A stretch of 64,000 nucleotides of DNA from the NCBI RefSeq assembly GCF_016432865.1, contig NC_067400.1, forward strand, positions 63,860,001 through 63,924,000. Direction: 5' to 3'. The translations under genes were made by a program, and so were the position numbers. Below are positions 55,699 to 64,000 of the stretch, one piece after another. Source of the DNA: Antechinus flavipes. Its lineage: Eukaryota. The first letter of the stretch is position 1; the number at the start of each line of letters is the position of its first letter. The notes beneath the pieces are model-generated. The model did not search any database, was not told the DNA's origin, and saw only the letters and a program-made list of their open reading frames with translations.

Positions 55699-55865
55699 AT
55701 ATACTGATAATGACCTCCACCTGACTGCTCTAGGGGAGGGCTGCCCCACGCCCACCTTCAGGGAAGCCAGGTCCCAAGGAGTGAGTGATTCTGTAGCTTT
55801 TCCTGATGCCTGGTTTGGCAGAGAGACTGGCAAGGTACAACTGAAAAAGTGTTTTCTTACCAAAT

Positions 55866-55879
55866 TTTATTGCATTAAA
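55866..55879. terminator. Back-to-back poly(A) signals of ANKZF1 (-) and GLB1L (+)
   Basis: tttatt at 55866-55871 (AATAAA on -) and attaaa at 55874-55879 (+). Confidence 0.65.
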
Positions 55880-56081
55880 TTTCAGAGACGCTGTTTTCCT
55901 CCTCCTTCCATACACGTTTCTGCCCCTGTTTATGCTGTGACCCCTTGCGGTTCTCTGCATCATTCTTTGGTACCACAGCAGAGGTATGAGTAAGGGTAGA
56001 AATAGGAGCTGGGGGAGCCTGACCCCTTCATTCACTTGGAAATCCCTTCCCTCCAATAGGCCTGGGGAGGCCGTTGGAAGG

Positions 56082-59000
56082 TCAGGAATGTGCTCCCCTT
56101 CGGTGCTCCTGTAGGCATCGTGTAGAACAGAAAGAGAAGTCGAGATAGTGAAAGGGGACTAGGCCCTGGAGAGAGGCCCCACAACCCCAACAGCGCCTGA
56201 AGAAAAGAAAAACAAGGAGCTGACAGGTAGCAGCCTCTCCCCACAAACTTGGCCCCCTCACCCCCCCTCATCCCCCTCCTCCAGCATTGTCCTTTGTACC
56301 TCGTGTTGAGGAGGCTAGAAGTCTGAGGGGTGGAAGCCCCAAGCTGGGCGGCCAGTCTGCGCTCTGCAGCCAGAGCTCTCTGGAGATAAGAAGTCACAGT
56401 GAGGACAAAACACTGATGGCAGGGAAGCAACTTCAAGATCAAACTCTCTATTGCTGAGGCAACATCTCACCTTCTCCCGGTCGCTGAGCGCGGCGAATCT
56501 CTGTTGCTCCTCCTCCTCCCGCTTCTCATACTCCTCTTGTTTGCGGCGCTGCTCCTCCCGGAGCCGCCGGGCTGCCTTGTGCTCTCGCCGGCGAGCGGCT
56601 CGATGTGCCTCCATCTCTGCTGTCAGGGGCCCTGGGACCTGGGAAATTTCAAGAAAGAACCTTAGATGTGCCCTGGGTCTAAGGGAGAAGCAGTGCTGCG
56701 CACACGAGCTCAGGCTCCCCCTCTCAGCTCACTTGGGCCTTGCTGTAATCGTGAGCATCTGGATTTTTCTCCATGAACTTGCGGAATTCATTGCGTGTCA
56801 TTTTGTCAGCTGCAACTGCATATGGGGGCCGGGCACAGGAATCCCTGTGGAGTGGATGAGAGAATCAGGTTAGTGTCCATTTTTCCCAGTATCACCTGGG
56901 GAGACAAAGGCTATGGCCCCAGAGTCTCAGAAGTGGGATCTGCTCCGTACATTGTTTTGGAATGCGCTTTCCTTCACGAACCTGACTGTGGGGTCAGCAC
57001 CATTCTCCAGCAGTAGTTGGACTACCATGGTTCTGCCAGCTGCAGCTGCTGCATGTAGGAGGGTGGAACCCCCAGAGCCCAATGGGGCACTGAGCAGGGA
57101 GAGGACTGTCGTGTTGGAGGGGAGAGCATCCAGCTGGGGCTGCAGCTGTCCAATGTCTCCTGCTCGGCACGCTGCCCACAGGATGTCCCACAGCTCTTGC
57201 TGCCTCGTGGTTCCAGCCTCCTCCTGGGAAGGCTGCACAGGCACTTTGGGTTCCTGGGTAATCTGTGGAAGGGGCACACTTTCTTGGGGGGAGTGTAAAG
57301 CCATCTCTACCCCAGCTGCAAGCTCCTGGCTCTTCTTCTTCCTTTTTCTTCTTCTTCTCTTGGGCATTAATTCAAATTCACGAAGATCCAGAGTTCCCAG
57401 GGTCAACTCCACCAGCTCTAGCTCCACAGGGGTACTACCTCTTTCAGACCCTGAAGAAAAAAAATGGAAGGTCACGTTAGAGGATAGAAGAACTTGCTCA
57501 TGGAATATGTGAGCTTCTTAGATACATAAGAATACATAAAGGTAGATGAGCTATATCAGTGAAAGCCTTGTTAAAAAATAAAAAACCTGCTGAACACTGG
57601 TGGTAACTACCATACTAACCATAGGAAAAAGTCTCCCAGCTTATGTTAGGAAGATTTACCCAGTGGGGATAGCCAGGGGACTGAAGACTAGCAAAGCCCG
57701 TGGCTCCTTGCTTTGTTTTTGTAACGTCTTGTCAGTATATAGTAGCTTGTGATCAGAGTCTTTAGTTATAACTGACACACAGGTTTGCTCTGAGAAGTCG
57801 GCGATACTGGCTGTGGTCCTCCCCTCCTAGAGGTCAGATCTGCTCTGGCAGACACCTGTCTCTCTCCACAGAAAAGCACAAAAAAGGAGCTAGTAGACTG
57901 AAGGCATATACCCAGGGCTGGGTCCAACACACACACAACCACTCACATTCTGGTGCCTTTGTGGCTGAAACACTTGGAAAGGGGGAAAGGCTTAAGTGTA
58001 TGAGGCACTTTGTATTTCTTGAGGACAGACTCACCACTTGACTCAAAGACCTCCTCTTCCTCCTCCTCACTTGGCCTCTTCTCCTGACTAGTGGTCTTTT
58101 TTTCCTCACTTTTCGCTTTCCAGTCTGTCCGAGGAAAATCCAATCTGGTCATTTCCCTTGGGTCTTCTCCTGTATCAAAACAGGAGGCTATGACCTGTAG
58201 GCTCCAGTAGGCTCAGCTAGGAGAAGGAATACCAGGGTCCTCACCATGAAGATGTGGCAGGGGAACCCTGTAGGAACCAAATGATTCCCTTTTCCCAGAA
58301 TTCGGGTCAGAGAATAGGAAGAAAAGTCTGAAGATCTGGGCTAAGCTCTCACCATGAATGTGCACCATGGCCAGCACCTGAAGTACACGCTGAAGCTCTC
58401 GGAAGGTAGGTCTACGGGTAGCAAGGGGAATATCCCAGAGCCGGGGATCCCCCCGCTGCAGTGGTGCTCCACGGCCCCCGAAGAAGAGAGCCCGGCCAGA
58501 TCGGGGGGCTCGAAGCAGTATAGTCCCTGCCTCCCCCAGTGGCCCTGCCCAGCCTGGCCCCGCCAGCAGCTCGCGCACCTCCTAGAAAAGACAGCAGCTC
58601 AGCTCTACAGGCTACTTTACTCCATCCGTCTGTCCTCCAGCCAGACAGTGACTCAGTAATCACGAGTGAGGGAAGGCATAGAAGGGTTAAAAATTAAAGG
58701 GAATGAAGCCCTAGAGATTTCCACTCAAATTCCTCCTTAGGAAAAATATTGGTAATTAAAAAATATATCCTATTGCACTTAAATTTGAAGAAACTGAGCT
58801 GAGGGAGAAGCAGCTTTTGAGAAGAGATTCCAGTCTTCGAGACCCCACCTTGTAGAGGGCAGCTTCGTTGTAGCGCCGTAAGCTGGCTCCAGCAGACCGC
58901 GTGGGTCCAGAGCGGGCATCCTGCAGCCCCTGGGCCGTCCCTCGCCGTGCCCGCACGGTGTAGCGATGGAAAGTTTTATGTGCCACCACTTCCCTCCTGC

Positions 59001-60355
59001 AGACAGCAGAGAGGTTCTCCAGGTCAGAGAGCTGAAGCTAGCTGGGGAGTCCCCTCAGTCCAACCCCAGGTCCTGCTCATTACCCTCTAAAGACAGCACC
59101 AGCAAAGTGGCCTGCTGCAGCCATGAGCACCACGCAGCACTGAGGCCCCCCGGCCTGCAGGGCCTTGGACAGCACCTCTGCCTCCTCTGGGGGCTCCTAC
59201 AAGGAGATTGAAATCTTGACTGGAGGCTGCATAACCTGAGGAGAGGCCCTTTAGTGTGACTCTTCCCCCTTCCCCTCCCCCCCAGCACATGCTAGCCCTG
59301 CGGACCCTGCAGGACCAGACGGCCCTACTTGCCTGCCGAGGCCCCAGGAGGCAGCGGTAGGCAGAGAGGAACTGGCCCTGGGCGTTACAGAAAAGCACAC
59401 GGTGGGGGTGGAAGACGCGGGGGGCCTCCCGGCCTCCGGGGTTCGGCATGTTCTCCAGCTCCTCCTGATCTAGGTCTGAGTCTGAGTCTTCTGAGCCTGA
59501 GATGCTGGACAGGTCTCCTGGAAGGGGTCAGAGGGTTAGTGTGGGACCCCTCAGGCATCCCACCCGTGGTTGCTGCTCGACTCCGCCTCCCTCTCCTCCC
59601 AGCTGCTTACCCGAAGAGCTCTGCTTTTCAAACTCGTGGGCCGCCAGGGGAGGCCGGCCTCGAAGCCGCTGCTTCAGGTTGAAGCGATGCCAGTCGGACC
59701 TGTAATGCTCTCTCTGGAAACGCGAGGGGAGGGGGGGAGAGGAAAAACACACTCAGCCCCAAGGACAGAGGACCCCATTCCTCAAGACCCACCTCAAGAC
59801 CCGTCCGCACCTGATCCTGGCGGCTCTGCAAGGATTGGCCACAAGTCGAGCAAAGCATCCGGTCGGACACTTCAGGGTGGCCCTTGGGAGCCGCATCCTT
59901 CTCAGACTCTGCAGAGGAGGGAGAAACCCTCAGGTGCTATGCCGTGGGGGGAGGGAGGGGGGAGCCAAGGGGGGTGGAGAGTGAGGAAGGAAACAGTCAT
60001 GGAGCCCGAGATGATGTCCTCCCTTCTCCCAGGGATGGCCCGTCCAAGAGGAGGCTCCTCTCAATGACCCAAAGGGTGCCGTGAGTACTGACGCCACAGC
60101 ACAGTAGGAGAAAGCCCTGAGCCCAGACACGGTTGCGGAAGGGGGCGGGGCACAAGTGTCCGAGGCCGAGAGAGGAAACTCCCCGCCCCCCAATCCTCCG
60201 GGCCTTCGGCTACCTGAACCGGCCGGGGTCGGGGCCAAGGCCTCGTCCTGCGCTCGATCCACAAGGCGGAGGCCCTCCAGGAGCGGGTCGCCGGGCCCGA
60301 GGTCAAATACGGACACTGAGGCGGGAGGCGGGGCTCGAGCTGGGTCCGGCGGCAT
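56082..60355 (-). CDS. ANKZF1: Ankyrin repeat and zinc finger peptidyl-tRNA nuclease ANKZF1 (Vms1 homolog), about 698 aa
   Basis: Exons 60214-60355, 59811-59908, 59611-59713, 59333-59517, 59084-59196, 58849-58996, 58353-58581, 58035-58169, 56982-57450, 56733-56844, 56471-56638, 56300-56379 and 56082-56196 sum to 2097 nt. C2H2 finger (CSTC...[12 protein letters not shown]), VLRF1 domain ([18 protein letters not shown]), ankyrin repeat ([10 protein letters not shown]...GADP) and C-terminal CWGCG...FCSTRC. Confidence 0.95.
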
Positions 60356-60399
60356 GGCGGCGGCGGCGGCGGCGGCTTCTTCCACCTCCACTTCCACCT

Positions 60400-61450
60400 C
60401 CCGCACCCAGGGCGCCACTGAGACCACCAGCCCTCTGACCGTTACCAGGGAGACGGGCGCCGGCGGTGACTGCACAGAGTCCTCGCGGCTTACGGGCAGG
60501 TCCTCGGCGGGAGGCCCTCGGCACCCACGCCTCTTCAGTCCCACTCAGATCCCAGAAATACCACCTCGGGTCCGTCACTACGGGGCCCCACGAAGGACAT
60601 ACCGCGGCGCCGTCTCTTAGCCTCGCCCTCTAAGTTGCCTTGTATTGGTTCCGCTAAATCTCCACCCGCTATACACCACATGTCCCACCCCCGTAGCGAG
60701 CGATTGGTTGTCGCATCTCCACCCCCTATAGTCATTGGTCCGGCTGGCTGCGGGAGACAATGAGTGGCATCAGCCCGGCCTAGCGCTCAGGGTTGGGGCC
60801 GGAGTCGGAGCCCTGGACGCCAGCGTCTTCACCACCGCCTGGGCTTAAGGAGGAGCCGAGGACCGGTAACCGGCGACGGAGGGCCCGGAACAGGACGGGA
60901 CGTACGTGCCCCCTGAACCCAGAACGATCGGGGCTGGAGGGGAGAAATTGTGGGGGAGGAGGAGCGGGGGCGCGCGTGCGACGGGTAACTGGGGGGAACT
61001 GGGCGGGGACGCGCACTCCTGGTGTTTTGATATCTGGGTACGCGCGGGCGGGAGCGCGCTCTTGGAAGGGGGGCGGAAGGTGGGGGGTCCGGGAGCGCGC
61101 GGCCAGCGTCCCAGTCCAAGTGGACCCGAGGCCCGGGAGCGGTGAGCAGGGGGGGAAGGCGGGCACGGGGAAAGGGCCCCTCCTTGTCGGGCTTGGAAGG
61201 CCAGGCCAGAAGGGAGGTGGCGGCCCCGAGGAAACCTGACCCCGTGGCTGCAGTGACCCTGAGGTTGACCCTGCCCGCCCCATCTCCGCCGCCCCTGGGT
61301 CTGCCCGGGAAGTCATTGGTTCCAGGGACCAAAAAGGGAAGCGTGTTTCGGGGGCTTTGCCGTGGCTCCTGGACGGTCGGTTAGTCGATATGGCTCGGGA
61401 GCAGGGGAAGCCTGGGGCTCCCTGACCTGGGGTCTGCACCGATTTTAGCT
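60400..61450. promoter_or_regulatory. Bidirectional CpG-island promoter of ANKZF1 and ATG9A
   Basis: CpG-dense block with three inverted CCAAT boxes (ATTGG at 60644, 60703 and 60734). Confidence 0.8.
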
Positions 61451-61599
61451 TTTCTTAGGGTAGATAGAAGTGGTCCCAGTCCCCGAAGGTCTAAGTACTT
61501 GATTGTGTTATGCCGGTAGCAGGAGGCAGTGCCCACCACCCCTGGGGCCCAGCCACCCTCCCCTTCCCACCCCCCATTGTCTAACACCTTCTCCTGCAG

Positions 61600-61656
61600 C
61601 TGCAGAACCTCGGGGCATCAAACACTAGAGTGGAACCGATGCTGTCCATGGAGCTG
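61600..61656 (+). other. Predicted 5' UTR exon of ATG9A carrying a uORF start
   Basis: Branch-like ctaac at 61581, ccttctcctgcag acceptor and CTG|GTAGGT donor. Contains ATG CTG TCC ATG GAG CTG in phase 0. Confidence 0.6.
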
Positions 61657-61976
61657 GTAGGTTCCCTGGGAGTCACGTAAACCCTTTGTTGCTGGTAAAG
61701 TGCCTTCTTGTCCAATCATCAGTCATGATTGTCTCTTTTATTCTTATGAAAGATTCTGGGAGAGGAATGGAAAAATCCCTTTAAATGAAAGTGAAACTCC
61801 TTTCCTTAGAAGCCACACCTAAGAGTCAGCACTGTCTAGGGCCAGTAAAAGTTCAGCAGAACTTTGTGCAATGACCTCACTGAAGCTAGGAACCATGGCT
61901 TCTAACAAGGTTCTTGGCTGGCCCCTTGGCTGAAAGGAAGCTGGTCCCAGAGCAGAGTTGGAAGTCTTGTGGAAGG

Positions 61977-62204
61977 TCTGGGTGAGGAAGCCAGTGTCCC
62001 CCCTTGCCCCACTTTCTTGAGATGCACAAGGCAGGTAGGTGGTGGTCTCAAGGTCTAGATAAAGCCCAAGAACTCCCCTTCCCCACTCTTTTGAGATGGA
62101 CAAGGCAGGTAGATGGTGGTCTCGAGGACGGACTGGGTGAGGAAGCCCAAGTCTCCCCTCTTTCCCTACTTTCTTGAGGTGGACAAGGCAGGTAGGCTGT
62201 GGTG
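61977..62204 (+). repeat. Three diverged tandem copies (about 75-83 bp) of the ATG9A start-exon acceptor region
   Basis: caaggcaggtag recurs at 62027, 62101 and 62184, each preceded by a pyrimidine tract ending in ttgag. Confidence 0.85.
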
Positions 62205-64000
62205 ATGGCACAGTTTGACACCGAGTACCAGCGGCTGGAGGCCTCCTACAGTGATTCACCCCCTGGAGAAGAAGACTTGCTAGTGCATGTCCCTGAGGGA
62301 AGCAAGTGTGAGTTCCTGGGGAGAGGGCCGTGGGGTGGCTGGGGAGACTCGGCCAGAGAAGGGTGGTCCTGACTTCCTTATTTCCACAGCACCCTGGCAT
62401 CACATTGAAAACCTTGACCTCTTTTTCTCTCGGATATCCTTTTGTGTTGGGTTACGGGGGAGGAGAATGCCCAAACTTAGCCACTTTCCAAGCAGACTGA
62501 GGAGGAGGAGGTGGGGTGGCATTGAGGCTGTGTCTGAGAAACAAAGGTGGGAGGCGCTCAGAGTTAAGGGGCAGAGATGTGGGTGGAAGTGATGGTTTTG
62601 GGACCCACTGTTCGGGTATCCTGGTCCCTCACTTACCCAAAGTGCTTTCTTAACGGCCACACGTCTATAACCTGCACCAGAAGAATGGCTTTACCTGCAT
62701 GCTCATCGGGGAGATCTTTGAACTCATGTAAGTAGACTGAAGAGTGAAGAGTTTCAGCCTCCTGCTCCCCTTTCTCCACTGACAAAGGTAGTGGAGCTGG
62801 CCCCTGAGCTGGGGCCACACACACCTCCTTTCTGAGGCTTCTCCCTCTCGGCTGTCCTTTTCACTTTCCCCTGTGCGTCTCCCTGGTGGTGCCCTGACAC
62901 CAGAAGACAGAAGTACCCTCCTGCTCCTTTTTCCTCCTAGGCAGTTCCTCTTTGTGGTGGCCTTCACCACCTTTCTGGTTAGCTGTGTGGATTATGACAT
63001 CCTCTTCGCTAACAAGATGGTGAATCACAGTCTGCACCCCAGAGATCCTGTCAAAGTCACCCTGCCGGACGCTTTCCTGCCTGCCCAGGTTTGCAGTGCC
63101 AGGTAAGGTCTAATTTTTCACTTATAGCATCACATCCCCTTTGTGTGTAAGACAAAATTTTCTCTGGGAAATAGAAATTTAAGTCTAAACGTCAGCCTCG
63201 TTAGTAGTGTTGTGCTTTCTCTTGTAATTATAACTTGTTCTTCAGCACATGATGCTTATTTTTTTCTTAAGGCAGGTCAGTGCACATCAAGGCTAAAACT
63301 TGTGGCAATGTTGCTACTGCCATACAATCAGTTGGGGAGTGGTAGCATGTAGGACGCTCAGATGTAGTGACAGGCCTGCAGAATGGCCTTTGGGGCAGGC
63401 AGGCAGGTGGGCCAGGGCTCTCTATTCCCGTCCCCTTTTCCACCAGGATCCAAGAGAACGGCTCCCTTATCTCCATCCTGGTTATTGCTGGCGTCTTCTG
63501 GATCCACCGACTCATCAAGTTCATCTACAATGTTTGCTGCTACTGGGAAATCCATTCCTTCTACCTCCAGGCGCTGCGTATCCCTATGGTAAGACGGACT
63601 GGGAGAGGGGAGCATGGGAAGATGGTGACAGGGAACAAGAGCTCAGCTTCCGGGCCCATGGCTTTTTCAGTCCACACTTCCGTACTGCACCTGGCAAGAG
63701 GTCCAGGCGCGGATCGTGCAGACGCAGAAGGAGCACCAGATCTGCATCCACAAGCGGGAGCTGACGGAGCTCGACATCTACCACCGCATCTTACGCTTCC
63801 AAAACTACATGGTGGCGCTCGTCAACAAGTCCCTCTTGCCGCTGCGTTTCCGGCTGCCCGGCCTGGGAGAAGCCGTCTTCTTCACGCGCGGCCTCAAGTA
63901 CAACTTTGAGCTCATTCTGTTTTGGGGACCCGGCTCCCTGTTTCTTAACGAATGGAGCCTGAAGGCCGAGTACAAGCGCGGCGGTCAGCGCCTGGAGCTG
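62205..64000 (+). CDS. ATG9A: Autophagy-related protein 9A (3'-partial)
   Basis: Exons 62205-62307, 62390-62433, 62663-62727, 62941-63102, 63447-63588 and 63671-end. They translate to MAQFDTEYQRLEASYSDSPPGEEDLLVHVPEGSKSPWHHIENLDLFFSRVYNLHQKNGFTCMLIGEIFELMQFLFVVAF...WQEVQARIVQTQKEHQICIHK... Confidence 0.97.
62434..62662 (+). other. U12-type (minor spliceosome) AT-AC intron in ATG9A
   Basis: 5' end ATATCCTTTT, branch site TTCTTAAC at about 62647-62654 and 3' end CAC. These boundaries are the ones that keep FFSR|VYNL in frame. Confidence 0.92.

Overview
A gene-dense mammalian window, almost certainly marsupial: it carries MAR1/RTE-type SINEs, tRNA-headed marsupial SINEs, marsupial-type L1 fragments and many old L2/MIR relics. 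The species cannot be fixed from the sequence alone. Gene order matches my recollection of human 2q35: PTPRN 3' end (+), DNAJB2 (-), an intact 452-aa alpha-tubulin of the TUBA1D type at the human TUBA4B position (-), TUBA4A (+), STK16 (-), GLB1L (+), ANKZF1 (-) and the 5' part of ATG9A (+). All exon chains were assembled by hand from splice sites and frame arithmetic. Most notable: (1) the last coding exon of DNAJB2 has a large tandem-repeat expansion (about 12 x EKKEAAAS-like units plus 4 x EKKxxGG units) between UIM2 and the CaaX box, and this also multiplies the donor for the short 'DVF' isoform; (2) the two inverted alpha-tubulins share perfectly identical exon-4 tracts, pointing to gene conversion; (3) ATG9A has a spliced uORF ending in a TGATG stop/start overlap, and its splice acceptor is triplicated; (4) an orphan CpG island lies inside the predicted DNAJB2 3' UTR; (5) one AT-AC and two GC-AG introns occur within about 8 kb. 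There is one assembly gap (19419-19586). No tRNA, rRNA or CRISPR features were seen. Comparisons with human or bovine proteins are from memory, not from searches.
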